From NCBI RefSeq assembly GCF_009914755.1, contig NC_060926.1: DNA of 64,000 bases; one strand, given 5' to 3'. Under the pieces are notes generated by a model that ran no database searches, was not told the DNA's origin, and saw only the letters and a program-made list of their open reading frames with translations. This document shows, piece by piece, positions 13,381 to 28,958 of this stretch (its first letter is position 1; each line of letters begins with the position of its first letter). Source of the stretch: the human T2T-CHM13v2.0 reference genome, Homo sapiens. Made by a program: the position numbers and the translations under genes.

Positions 13381-15969
13381 AATTGGCCCACCTGAACCCA
13401 CTAACACTAGTGCCAATGTTTGCCATCCTGAGGCTTAAAAAGTAGGCACAATCGGCCCACTGCTGCCACCACTGGAGGCCAAAGACTAGCATACCCAAGG
13501 GCCCACTCCCCAGAAAAACTGCACCACAGCCCCCACTAACAACTGCACCCTAGGCCACCGAGGAAATGACAGGTACCACTGATACTATTTACAGCCTAAA
13601 AAATCAGAGACTACACTACTGCACACATCCAGAATCAAAGCCAAAGTGCCCTACCCAACTAACACCATAGATTCATCCTCAGGAAAAAGTCCTCCCCTAT
13701 GAAAGCAAATTCAAAAATTGGTAGAAGTGACCATTACCCCAGATGTGCAGATATCAGCATAAGGACACAGGGAATATTGAAAAGCAAGGAAGTATGACAC
13801 CTCCAAAGGAACACAATAAGTCTCAAGAGTTTGAGACTGGCCTGGGAAAGAGAGTGAGACTCTGTCTCTAAAGGAAAAAAGAACTGTAATAAATATGTTC
13901 GAATTATTGAAATAAACCATGTATCAAAAATTAAAAGAAAGCCTAAGAAAAATGTTTCCTCCTTCAATAATGAATAAAATAACTTAAGCAGAAGCTCAAC
14001 AAGAAAAGACTCAACAATACTATTAACAAATTAGTCCTAACAAGCATCTATAGAACATTCCACCCAACAGCAGAATACCTAGTCTTAAAGCAAACCACAA
14101 TAAATTTAAAAGGATTAAAATGTAACAAAGTATGTATGCCCACAATGGAATAAAATTAAAAATCAATAACAAAAAAATGGGAAACCTTACAAACGTGTGG
14201 TAATTAAACAACAACAGAGAATATCAATAAAGTCATGGAAGTTTTAAAAAAAAGACAGAGAATTTCTGGAGTTCAAAATTACAATAACTGAAATAAAAAC
14301 ATTCACTAGAGGGACTCAGCAGCAGATTTGAACAGGCAGAAGAAAGAATTACTCAACATAAAAATTTGGCAATTGGGAGTATTCAGTCTGAGGAAACGAA
14401 AAAAAAAGAATGAAGAAAAATGAACAAAGCCTCAGAGACCTTTGAGACACCATCAAGAATACCAACAAATGCATAATGAGAGTCAAAGAGGAAAGGAGAA
14501 AGAGAAGGGGGATCATAGAATATTTGAAGAAACATTTGGGCTGAAAACTTCTCAAATTCTGTAAAAAATATTAATCTGCACATCCAAAAAATGTAACAAA
14601 CTCTAAGTAGGGTAAAAACAGAGATCCACACTTAGACACATCATCATTATACGTTCCAAAGCCAAACAAAAAAGAGACTCTTGAAAACAGCAAAAGAAAA
14701 TTGAGTCATTATGCTCATTAAGTACAAGGGTTCCTCAATAAGATTAACAGCTGACTTCACAACAGAAACAATGTAGGTCAGAGCAGTGGATGACAAAGTG
14801 CTGAAAGAAAGATTGTCAACTAAGAATTTTATATCCAGCTAACTATTCTTCAAACACAAAAGAGAGAGTAAGATATTTCTAGAAAAAAGTGACAGACTTC
14901 ATTGCTAGCAAAATTGCTCTGTAACAAATACTAAAAGGAGTCCTTGGAATGAATGAAAGAACACTAGAGAGTAACTCAACTCCATATAAAGAAATAAAGA
15001 GCAACAGTAAGGATAACTACATGAGTAAATATAAAAATGTGAATGCATTTCATTTTGTTTGTAACTCTTTTCTTCTCTTATGTAATTTAAAAGACAACTG
15101 CCTAAAACGATAATTATAGCGCTGTGCTGATGATCTTAAAATATATAAAGATGTAATTTGTATGACAATAATAGCATATAGGAGGGAATAGAGCTATACT
15201 GGAGCAAAATTTTATGTGCTATTGCAATTAAGTTGGTATTAATTCAAACTAGATTATTTCTAAATTAAGATGTTAAGTGTAATTCCAGAGCAACCACTAA
15301 GAAAATAGCTTAAAATATATATAGTAAAAGGAACAAAAAGAGAATTCAAATCATATACTAGAAGATCCTTATGTAACACAAAATAAAACAGTAACTGAGA
15401 AAGACAAGGGAAAAATAAGATATACAGGAAGTGAATAGAAAAATGGCAGATGCAAATCCTACCTTATTGGCAATTACACTAAATTTAAATGAACTAAACA
15501 ATCAAAAGGCAAAGGTTGGAAGAATGTATTTTTTTAAAAAAAAGCATCAGTTAACTATATGCTGTGTATAACAGACACACTTTACCTCCAAGGACACAAA
15601 TAGGTTCAAAGTAAAAGGATGGAAGAAAATATAACAGGCAAATAGTAACCAAAAGAGAGCAGGGTGGTTACTAGAGACAAAAGACATTTTATAATGATGA
15701 AATGGTCAATTCATCAGGAAGATATAACAATTATAAACACATATTCACCTAACAACAAAGCTCCAAAATACATGAAGCAACACTGACAGAATTGAAAGGA
15801 CAACTAAAGAGTAACAGTTACAGACTTCAATACCCACTTCAACAGTGAACAAAACAACGTAAGCAGAAGATCAACAAGAGAAGACTTCAACAATACTATT
15901 AACAAATTAGTCCTAACAACCATCTGTATAACACTCCACCCAACAACAACAGAATACCCAGTCTTAAAA

Positions 15970-16255
<286 letters not shown>

Positions 16256-16527
16256 AAAAGGATTAAAATCTAACAAAGTATGTTCTATACCCACAATGGA
16301 ATGAAATTTAAAATCAATAACAGACAAAAAGGGAAACTTTACAAATATGTGGTAATTAAACAACATACTCCAAAATAACCAAAGGGCAAAAAATGAAATA
16401 CAAGGGAAATTAGAAAATGCTATGAGATAAATAAAAACAAAAACACATTATAGCAAAACCTGTGGGATGTACTGAAAGCAGTGCTTAGAAGGAAATATGT
16501 AGTTGTAACACCTATATTTAAAAAGAA

Positions 16528-16810
16528 GCCTGGCTGTGGTGGCCCACGCCTGTAATCCCAGCACTTTGGGAGGCTGAAGCAGAAGGATTGCTTGAAGCTA
16601 GGAGTTCGAGACCAGCCTGGGTAACAAAGTGGGAAAAAAAAGGAAAAATTAGTCAGGCCCAGTGGCATGCACCTGTTGTCCCAGCTACTTAGGATGCTGA
16701 GGTGGTAGGATTACTTGAGCCCAGGAGTTTGAGGCTGCAGTGAACTATGATCATGTCACTGTATTCCTGCACTCCAGCCTGGGTGACAGAGTAAAATCTT
16801 GTCAAAGAAG
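16528..16810 (+). mobile_element. AluJ
   Basis: Dimeric Alu consensus. Confidence 0.85.
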
Positions 16811-17361
16811 AAGGAGAAGGAGGAGGAGGATCCCAAATAAAAAACCTAATCTTCCACCTTAAGAAACTAGAAAAGGAAGGTAAAACAGAATGGAAATAAT
16901 AGTTGTCGTGTATTATCTCTGAGAAACTGAGCCCATGAAATGAGATAACCATCTTTAGAGGCAATGTGTCAGGGTGTTGATAGCTGATTTCAGAGCCAAG
17001 AGTTTGAGTGTTATGTTTCCACAGAGTATAAATGTTGCAAACACACTTGGACAAGTGATGGGAGACGCAGATAATATGAAATAAAGGCCTATGCTGTGCA
17101 TTTCCTGTTTTCAAAAGGCAAGGTACAGACTCCATCTTTGATAGCTATAAGAAGGTCTCACTTCAGATTGTTCTGCCCATGTTCGCTCCCGTGCTCATCT
17201 CCAGCCACTTTCACTTTGGGCCATTGTAAGAGATGCTTTCCCATCCTCTGAAAGATTATCAAGCAAATGGCTGGATCAGAGATACAAGAAGACAGGAGAC
17301 CCTCTGGACCTTCAGGGATAACAGAGAACGCCGGGAAACAGCCAGGGAACATATGTTGTGG

Positions 17362-17459
17362 ATAAGAGTAAGGAATCTGGATGAGAAGAATGGGGAGGCG
17401 AGTGGATGGAATAAGAGTGAGGAATCTGGATGAGAAGAAGAGGGAGGCAAGTGGCTGGA
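17362..17459. repeat. Tandem duplication, 2 x 49 bp
   Basis: ataagagt(a/g)aggaatctggatgagaagaa...gagg starts at 17362 and 17411. Confidence 0.85.
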
Positions 17460-18297
17460 TGTGTCTCCAGCTCTGCATACTAAGTCAGGAGCCCAAGGCT
17501 GATGAGTCTTGGGCTCAAACAATCTATTTTCCACACACGGCCCCTAGGAGCATGATTCCAAATTTCCCTGAACTAAGTGTAAACAAGTATTTGTATGATT
17601 CTCTGCAATGCTGAGGACCACCCCAGGCACTGGCTATGAAGGCAGACTCTAGAACATTCTCTCTGTAGCAGCAGTGACCACCTTTATACTGATCTTTTCT
17701 TCACCCAGCAAGACAAATATTAACTATCCCATTGCCCTTGAACTCTTACTCATTATCCCCCCAGATCCTCTCTCCCATTAGGGTTTTTTCATTAAGGTGT
17801 CATTACTACAGCAATAATATGTCCTAGATTTCTTCTAAGTAAGTGATTAAGTGTTTGATAATATGTGAAATGCGTGAAGTACTAAAACATACAAAACTAA
17901 TCTATGTTGTTAGAAGTCTAGAGAGTGGTTGCTCTTGAGGGGGATAGTAGTTGAAATAGGGCACAAGGGAGATTTCTGATGTTCTGATAATGCTCCCTTT
18001 TGATCTGGGTGTGGGTTACATGGATGTGTTCAGTGTGAAAAAATTCATCAAGTTGTATACTAATGCTATGTGTACTTTTCTGCAGGCATAATTTTTTAAA
18101 TTAACAAATAATAAAATTGACTTTTTGAGTGCACAGGCCTATGAATTTTAACACACACATAGATTCAGGTAACCACCATAATGAGAATACAAAAGCAGTG
18201 CAAAAAACTCCTCATGCTAGCCTTCTGTACTCATACCCTCTCCCCACCCAAAACCCATGTCAACCACCAATCTGTGCTCTGATCCTGTGACTTTTAG

Positions 18298-18655
<358 letters not shown>

Positions 18656-18689
18656 TGCAATATATAATCTCTTTAAAAGGTTGACTACT

Positions 18690-20860
18690 GTCCCTGTCCC
18701 TGTCCCTGTCCCTCTCCCTCTCCCCATTGTCTCCCTCTCCCTCTCTTTCCACGGCCTCCCTCTCCCTCTCTTTCCACAGTCTCCCTCTGATGCCGAGCCA
18801 AAGCTGGACTGTACTGCTGCCATCTCGGCTCACTGCAACCTCCCTGCCTGATTCTCCTGCCTCAGCCTGCCGAGTGCCTGCGATTGCAGGCGCGCGCCAC
18901 CACGACTGACTGGTTTTCATATTTTTTTGGTGGAGACGGGGTTTCGCTGTGTTGGCTGGGCTGGTCTCCAGCTCCTAACCGCGAGTGATCCGCCAGCCTC
19001 GGCCTCCCGAGGTGCCGGGATTGCAGACGGAGTCTGGTTCACTCAGTGCTCAATGGTGCCCAGGCTGGAGTGCAGTGGCGTGATCTCGGCTGGCTACAAC
19101 CTCCACCTCCCAGCCGCCTGCCTTGGCCTCCCAAAGTGCCGAGATTGCAGCCTCTGCCTGGCCGCCACCCCGTCTGGGAAGTGAGGAGCGTCTCTGCCTG
19201 GCTGCCCATCGTCTGGGACGTGAGGAGCCCCTCTGCCTGGCTGTCCAGTCTGGAAAGTGAGGAGCGCCTCTTCCCGGCCGCCATCCCATCTAGGAAGTGA
19301 GGAGCGTCTCTGCCCGGCCGCCCATCGTCTGAGATGTGGGGAGCGCCTCTGCCCCGCCGCCCCATCTGGGATGTGAGGAGCGCCTCTGCCCGGCCCGACC
19401 CCATCCGGGAGGTGAGGAGCGTCTCTGCCCGGCCGCCCCGTCTGAGAAGTGAGGAGACCCTCCGCCCGGCAGCCACCCTGTCTGGGAAGTGAGAAGCGTC
19501 TCCGCCCAGCAGCCACCCCGTCCGGGAGGGAGGTGGGGGTCAGCCCCCGCCAGGCCAGCCACCCCGTCCGGGAGGAAGGTGGGGGGTCAGCCCCCCGCCC
19601 GGCCAGCCGCCCCGTCTGGGAGGGAGGCGGGGGGCTCAGCCTCCCGCCCCGCCAGCCGCCCCGTCCGGGAGGGAGGTGGGGGGGTCAGCCCCCGCCAGGC
19701 CAGCCGCCCCGTCCGGGAGGGAGGTGGGGGGGTCAGCCCCCTGCCCGGCCAGCCGCCCCGTCTGGGAGGGAGGTGGCGGGGGTCAGCCCCCCACCCGGCC
19801 AGCCGCCCCGTCCGGGAGGTGAGGGGCGCCTCTGCCCAGCCGCCCCTACTGGGAAGTGAGGAGCCCCTCTGCCCGGCCAGCCGCCCCATCCGGGAGGGAG
19901 GTGGGGGGTCAGCCCCCCGCCCGGCCAGCCACCCCGTCCGGGAGGTGAGGGGCGCCTCTGCCCGGCCGCCCCTACTGGGAAGTGAGGAGCCCCTCTGCCC
20001 GGCCAGCCGCCCCGTCCGGGAGGGAGGTGGAGGGGGGGTCAGCCCCCCGCCCGGCCAGCCGCCCCGTCCGGGAGGTGAGGGGCACCTCTGCCCGGCCGCC
20101 TCTACTGGGAAGTGAGGAGCCCCTCTGCCCGGCCAGCCACCCCGTCCGGGAGGGAGGTGGGGGAATCAGCCCCCCGCCCAGCCAGCCGCCCCGTCCGGGA
20201 GGGAGGTGGGGGGGTCAGCCCCCCTCCTGGCCAGCCACCCCGTCCAGGAGGTGAGGGGCACCTCTGCCCGGCCGCCCCTACTGGGAAGTGAGGAGCCCCT
20301 CTGCCCGGCCACCACCCCGTCTGGGAGGTGTACCCAACAACTCATTGAGAACGGGCCATGATGACAATGGCAGTTTTGTGGAATAGAAAGGGGGGAAAGG
20401 TGGGGAGAGGATTGAGAAATCGGATGGTTGCCATGTCTGTGTAGAAAGGGGTAGACATGGGAGACTTTTCGTTTTGCTCTGTACTAAGAAAAATTCTTAT
20501 CCTGTTGATCTGTGACCTTACCCCCAACCCTGTGCTCTCTGAAACATGTGCTGTGTCCACTCAGGGTTAAATGGATTAAGGGCGGGGCAAGATGTGCTTT
20601 GTTAAACAGATGCTTGAAGGCAGCATGCTCGTTAAGAGTCATCACCACTCCCTAATCTCAAGTACCCAGGGACACAAACACTGCGGAAGGCCGCAGGGCC
20701 CTCTGCCTAGGAAAACCAGAGACCTTTGTTCACTTGTTTATCTGCTGACCTTCCCTCCACTATTGTCCTATGACCCTGCCAAATCCCCCTCTGCGAGAAA
20801 CACCCAAGAATGATCAATAAAAATAAATAAATTAATTAATTAATTAAATTAAAAAAAATA
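18690..20860 (+). mobile_element. Full-length SVA retrotransposon (SVA_D-like)
   Basis: Hexamer head, antisense Alu-like region (~18790-19170), GC-rich VNTR (~19170-20330), SINE-R (~20330-20815), AATAAA and A-tail; perfect TSD AAAAGGTTGACTACT at 18675-18689 and 20861-20875. Confidence 0.97.
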
Positions 20861-21442
20861 AAAAGGTTGACTACTTTCATTCAGCATGCCTCTGAGAATC
20901 ATCCAAGTTGTTGCATCTATCAACAGCTCATTCCTTTTGATAGATAAGTAGTATTCCATTGTGTAAATGTACCACAGGGCTTTTTTAAATCCATTCATCC
21001 ATGGAATGATATTTCGGTTGTTTGCTGTTTTTGACAATTATGAAGCAAGTTGCTATGAATACTGTGTACAGGTTTTTGTGCAAACATACGTTTTCATTTC
21101 TCTGAGGTAAATAAGTAGAAATGCGTCTGCTGGCTCATGTGGTAAGTGTAGGTTTAACTTTCTATGAAATTGCCAAACTGTTTTTCAGAGTGGCTGTACC
21201 ATTTTCCTTTCTCATCAGCCATGTAGGAGAGTTCCAGTTGCTCCCATTTTCATCAGCACTTGGTATTGTCAGTATTTTTTATTTTAGTATTCTAATTGGT
21301 GTATCACCATACACTAATTATGGTTTTAATTTGCATTTTATGGTGTATCACTATACCTAATTATGGTTTTAATTTGCATTTTCCTAATGGCTAATGCTTT
21401 TAAACGTCTTCCCATATACTTATTTTCCATCTGTATATAATG

Positions 21443-21799
21443 TGTCTTGGTCTGTTTGTGCTTCTATAACAAAATACCTTAGACTGGGTAGTGTATAAAC
21501 AATAGAAATGTATTTCTTACAGTTCTGGGAGGATGGGAAGTCCATGATCAAGAAGCAGATTTGATGTCTGATGAGGCCAGCTTTCTGCTTCCAAGATGGT
21601 GTCCTATGAATGAACGCTGTGTCTTCACATGGTGGAAAAGATGGAAAGGGGCAAATCCACTCCCTCAATCCCTTTCATAAGGGCCCTAATCCCACTCCCA
21701 TGACTCAGTGACCTTCTAAAGTCTCTGCCTCATAATATTATCACATTGGTGAATAACTTTCAACATATGAATTTCAGGGGACACATTCAGACCATAGCA
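21443..21799 (-). mobile_element. MaLR LTR (MSTC/MSTD/MLT1A-like)
   Basis: tgtcttggtctgtttgtgcttctataacaaaatacc...acattcagaccatagca. Confidence 0.75.
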
Positions 21800-22153
21800 C
21801 TCTTTGGCAAATAACCAAGTCCTTTGTCCACTTTTTCATTAGATTGTTTCTTTTTGTATTGTTCTGTTTTGAGAGCTCTTTACATATTCTGTATACAATG
21901 TACCAGAATATATGTCTATTACATATACAAATCCTTGGTCAAATATGTGATTTGCAAATATTTTCTCCCAGTTTGTTAATTTGTCTTTCAATTCTCTTAC
22001 CAGTGTCTTTGACAAAAGTTCTTAATCTTGAGAAGTCCAATTTATTGATTTTTTTCTTTCATAAATTGTGGTTTTATGTTATGGCTAAGAGCCCTTTGTT
22101 TAAACTCAGGCTGTGAAGATGTTCTCTTATGTTTTCTTCTTAAAGCTGTATAG

Positions 22154-22308
22154 CAAAACCTGGACTAGGGTGACATAAGGGAGGTGCCTAGGGCACAAAA
22201 TTTAAAAAGCCTCTCACTTTCAGGATCATACTTGCATAACTAAAGTGAGTGCCTCCTTAAATTTTGCATCCTAGGTACATTCCTTTTTTCACCCTAGTCC
22301 CAGCCTTG
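22154..22308. mobile_element. Palindromic hAT MITE (MER96-like)
   Basis: ggactagggtga...tcaccctagtcc inverted arms; degenerate 8-bp TSD ctgtatag/ttttatag. Confidence 0.7.
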
Positions 22309-22879
22309 TTTTATAGTTTTTTGTTTTACATGCAGTTCTATGCTCCGTTTTGAGTTAATTTTTATATAAGGTGGAGGTTTAGTTCAAAGTTCATTTTTTT
22401 GGCCTATGGATGTCTAATTGTTCCTTTGCCATTTGTTGAGAAGGCTGTCTTTCCTCCACTGAATTTCCTCCATTCTTTGCATCTTTGTCAAAAAATTAGT
22501 CGAACACATATGTGTGAGTCTATTTCTGGACTCTCTACCTGTTTCATTCATCTATATGCCAATATAAATCCCTTTGCTAATATCACACTGTCTTGATTAC
22601 TCTAACTTTATAGCAAGTCCTAAAGTCAGAGAGTGGGATTCCTCCAGCTTTAATTTTCTTTTTCAAAGTCGTTTTGGCTATTCTAGTTTATTTGCCTTTC
22701 CATATACATTTAGGAATTAGCTTGCCTAGATTTACAAATAATCATGCTGATATTTTAATTTTATTTGTAATTGTGTTAAATCTGTAATTGCATCTACTGA
22801 GTAATGACAAGGTAGAAGAGAAGGCAAAGGTGATGGAGACACCAGTGAGCAGAGGAAAGGTAGAAAGAGAGGCTGATCT

Positions 22880-23070
22880 TTCATTATCTACCATGTGCCA
22901 GACACGGCTTAGGATTTATGTTATTTTATCTAATTTAATCCCCTAAACTAAACTATGAGACAGATAGTATCATTCTTACTTTTTGACTGAGGAAGCCGAA
23001 GCTCAGAAAGAGTCAGTAGTGGGAAGGCAGAGGCAGGCTGGGATCGGAACCCAGGATAGCTTTACTCACT
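22880..23070. mobile_element. MIR
   Basis: catgtgccagacac...gaggaagccgaagctcagaaag core. Confidence 0.6.
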
Positions 23071-23177
23071 CCATCAGCCTCCCATCTTTTTGCCCTAAGA
23101 CTGCTTAAATCTGTCCATAGATCCCTAGTTAGAAAAGTGCATTCTCCCAAGAAGGGAAAAAATAGCTCTCATGGTCA

Positions 23178-23745
<568 letters not shown>

Positions 23746-23869
23746 AATAGTGATGCCAGTAGGGGATCTAATGCGCAGCATGCTGCCTATTGTTAATAAT
23801 ACTGTATTGTATTGTTAAATTGAAATAGATCTTAAGCATCCTCGCCAACCCCACACACAGACAAAAGGA

Positions 23870-24500
23870 AGTGAGAAACGTTCCTTCATTCCTAGTTTTT
23901 TAAGAGCTTTTTTAGTTTTTATCATAAATGGGTGTTGAAGTTTATCAAATGCTTGCTTTGCATCAATTGGTAGGATCATATGATTCTTCTTCTTTGGCCT
24001 GTTGATGTGCTGGATTATATTAATTGATTTTTGAAAGTTGAGCCAGCCTTGCATATGTGAAATAAATCCCACTTGTTCACAGTGTATAATTCTTTTTATA
24101 CATTGTTGAACTCAATTTGTTACTATTTTGTTGAGGATTTTTGTATATATGTTCATGACAAGTATTAACCTACAGTTTTCCTTTCTTGTAATGTCTTTTT
24201 CTGGTTTTGCTATTTTGGTATCAGCCAAATGCTGGCCTCAAAGAATGAGTAAGTGTTCCCTCTGCTCCTATTATCTGGAAGAGATTGTGGTGAGTTGGTA
24301 TAATTTCTTCTGTAAATTTTTGGTAGAATTCACCAGTGAAACCATCTGGGCCTAATTCTTTTTTTGTTGGATGTTTATTCATTATTAATTCAATTTCTTT
24401 AACAGATGTAAGTCTATTCAGATCACCTGTTTCTCCTTGTGTGGATTTTGGTAGTTTGTGTCCTTCCAGGAATTGGTCTGTTTTATCCAAATCATAAAAT
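23870..24500 (-). mobile_element. L1M ORF2 (reverse transcriptase region) fragment
   Basis: ORFs 23815-24072 (..[24 protein letters not shown]) and 24221-24490 (GPDGFTGEFYQKF) are L1 ORF2-like. Confidence 0.88.
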
Positions 24501-24599
24501 TTGTAGGTAAAAAGTACTTTTAAAAAGCATTATGTCAGAGGAAAAACAGAAAGAACTAACAGCCTGTTGCCCTCAGAATTTCATGAACATTAACACTTA

Positions 24600-24830
24600 C
24601 TCAGGGCCTGGGGCCAAATTACCTGGATTTGGATCTTGTTTCTGTCGCCCTGCATGACTTTGGGCAATTAACCAGCTTCTCTACACCTCAACTGCCTCAC
24701 CTGTGAGATAAGGATAATACTATTTACCTCATAGTATTATTGTGAGAATTAAATGTGATTGTGTATAAAGCATGTAGCACAATTCCTGTCACATAATAAG
24801 CCCTCCATGGATGTTGGCCATTATTGCTGA
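24600..24830. mobile_element. MIR
   Basis: gactttgggcaatta..cctca..ctgtgagataaggataata..tacctcatag. Confidence 0.7.
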
Positions 24831-25058
24831 TTTCAGTTCACCAGTGTCTTTTGAGCATTCATTATATTCCAGGAGTTATGTGAAGCAATGAAATAAAAAG
24901 AAGAGGAAACTGTGAAAGACATGTTTAGTTGCTCACAGACTAAGGTCAAAATAGACATAGACAGATCAGTACAGGCCAGTGCGACAGATGGAAGTCTCAT
25001 CAGAGTGCACAAGAGCACCTAGGAAAGATGAAATGGCAGGGCAAGCCCATCTGATTCA

Positions 25059-25422
<364 letters not shown>

Positions 25423-26068
25423 CTACAACCCAGGGACTAGCAGAAAAATGCAGATGAGGTTACCAAACTATTGTTGATTTCGTGAACAGTGACAGAGTGA
25501 AACAGATGCCAGAATCCTGGACACACTGGTACCCACAGATTCAACTTCCAGAGGAGGCATCCACCACAGGTAGACAGATGCTAACTCTGGGCTGACGTCT
25601 CAGTCTTCATAAAAGAACGCATTGATCCCTGGAAGCCAACACAGGCCTGCCGTGAACAAATCTGGTCTTGGCTTGACTTCATTTCCTTTTAGATGGGGCT
25701 CCTAAGAGAATTTCTGCAAAAAGTTTGCCAGGTTCTAGGCCTCTTGTGAGAGCTTTGTAGACGAAATGGAGAAATAGAAGCTGATGTATATAGTGCATTT
25801 GGTTGGAGTCCTAGCCAGTTAAATATCCTAATCCCCAGGAGGTGGTGCCGTTGAGGAGGAGACAGTTCTGTGTGTGTCCTGTCCTGTGGTGGCTCCCATT
25901 CCCACTGGCATCCCTCTCACATTGACACAATGTGTGAGAGACTTAAAATCAGGAGAGATAATAGATAAATGTGTGTCATGACCAAGTCAGGACCTCAAAA
26001 GATTTTGATACATTTGGACAGTGGGCCACATTCAACAACATCTATTTAACATAGACAATGTTAAGTCA

Positions 26069-26507
<439 letters not shown>

Positions 26508-26531
26508 CTAGGTGTCCGTGGGGTAGGTAGC

Positions 26532-27260
26532 TGGTATAATTTGGATATTTGTCCCCTCTAAATCTCATGTTGAAATGTGATCCCTGGTGTGGGAGGTGGA
26601 GCTTGCTGGGAGGTGATTTTGTCATGGAGGCGGGTCCCGCATGAATGGTTCAGCACCAGCCCCTTGGTGACGAGTGAGCTCTGCCTCAGTTAGCTCACAT
26701 GAGATCTTGTTGTTTACAAGTTTGGAGATTCCCCCTTCCCTCTCTCACTTCCTCACTCGCCATGTGAGACTCCTGACCCCACTTCCACCAGCACTGGAAG
26801 CTTCCTGAGGCCCTGACCAGGGGGCTGCTTCCTGCCTACCCTGCAGAACCATGAACCAATTAAACTTCTTTTCTTTATACATTACCCAGTCTCAGATTTT
26901 TTTTCTTTTTTTCTTTTCTTCTTCTTTTTTTTTTTTTTTTTTTTTTTGAGACTTTGTCACCCAGGCTGGAGTGCAGTGGCATGAACACAGCTGACTGCAG
27001 CCTTCACCTCCTGGGCGCAAGTGATCCTCTCACCTCAGCCTCCTGAGTAGCTGGGACTACAAGTGCGTGCCACCACACCTGGCTAATTTTTTTTACTTTT
27101 TTGTAGAGATGGGGTTTCAACATGTTGCCCAGGCTGGTCTTGAACTCCCAGGCTCAAGCAATCCTCCTGCCTCAGCCTCCCAAAATGTTGTGATTACAGG
27201 CATTAGCCATGCACCCAGCCTCAGGTATTTCTGTATAGCACCATAGGAACTGACTATTAC
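26532..27260 (+). mobile_element. MST-type MaLR LTR interrupted by a minus-strand AluJ (26897-27220)
   Basis: tttggatatttgtcccctctaaatctcatgttgaaatgt...ttacccagtctcag | Alu | tcaggtatttctgtatagca. Confidence 0.8.
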
Positions 27261-27885
27261 AATAGCATTATGGTGAGGAGGTTGTAGAGGGAATGAAAGG
27301 AGAGAGGAAGAGGAGGTGAGGGAGAAATACTGCAAATTGGAAAAATAGTATAAAAATGACTAAAAACAATAAGTGCTAGCAGGTACTGAGTGCTTACTAT
27401 GAGGACTGTTCTAACCACCCTCTAGTGTGTTTAGATGAATTCATGTTGGTCAAGTATTTCCATCTCAAGAGATAGGGAGTTGGTAGAAACAATATTTCTT
27501 CCCTTACCTACAAGGATATCTTCAGAGGCCTTATCAAATGTTTTGCAGAGACGTATGTTTTGTCTAGTCAGTTCCTACCTAAATCAGCTTATTTAAATGA
27601 TGTCATTTAATCGTGAGGAGTGCATTCTCAGTATTCTCAGCCTTCAGGTGAGGAAAGGTGAGCAAAGTCACTTCCCCAAGGCTGTGCAACTGGTACCCAG
27701 CCCTGCCAGGCATGAGCCCACTCATCTGCCTCTGAAGCTTGAGCTCTATGGCCTACCTGCTGCTCTGCCTCCCACAGAGAATAGAAATTTCTCTCTGTGC
27801 CTACCACAAATGCTGTCATTATCTTTACTTATTAAGAAGAAAAGTTTACATTGTAAACTTCGAAGATGCCCAGGAATGAGGTCTA

Positions 27886-28296
<411 letters not shown>

Positions 28297-28594
28297 CTAA
28301 CGGTATGAAGAGGTGGCCAAGAAAGTGAACACAGTCTCTGACTCTGAGGACGCAGGTTAAGTGTCTATAACCAGAGAGCATCTCACACCGGTATGTGTCA
28401 GCCAGACCACACAGGATATCATTCTTTTGGTGTAAGTACTACCATGAGAAGAGGGAACATATAAATCTGTGACAAGATATCAGGTATTTGAGGGAAAGCA
28501 AGGAGGAATCTTGGCATCATATCAAAGGGATATGACAGGAAGGCCACTGGGTATTTAGGGAACTGTGTGAGGTGTCCTTAAGAAGAAAAATGTC

Positions 28595-28958
<364 letters not shown>

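Larger units (their letters stand above)
20876..22790 (-). mobile_element. Old L1M 3' region (host of the SVA and Alu; continues at ~18100-18330)
   Basis: Antisense L1 3'-end motifs (atccaagttgttgc, gtggctgtaccatttt, ttaatttgcatttt). Confidence 0.75.

Noticed and set aside
19039-20254. Long Pro/Gly/Arg-rich ORFs (up to 208 aa) on both strands
   Set aside because: They are translations of the GC-rich SVA VNTR, where stop codons are rare; no gene structure.
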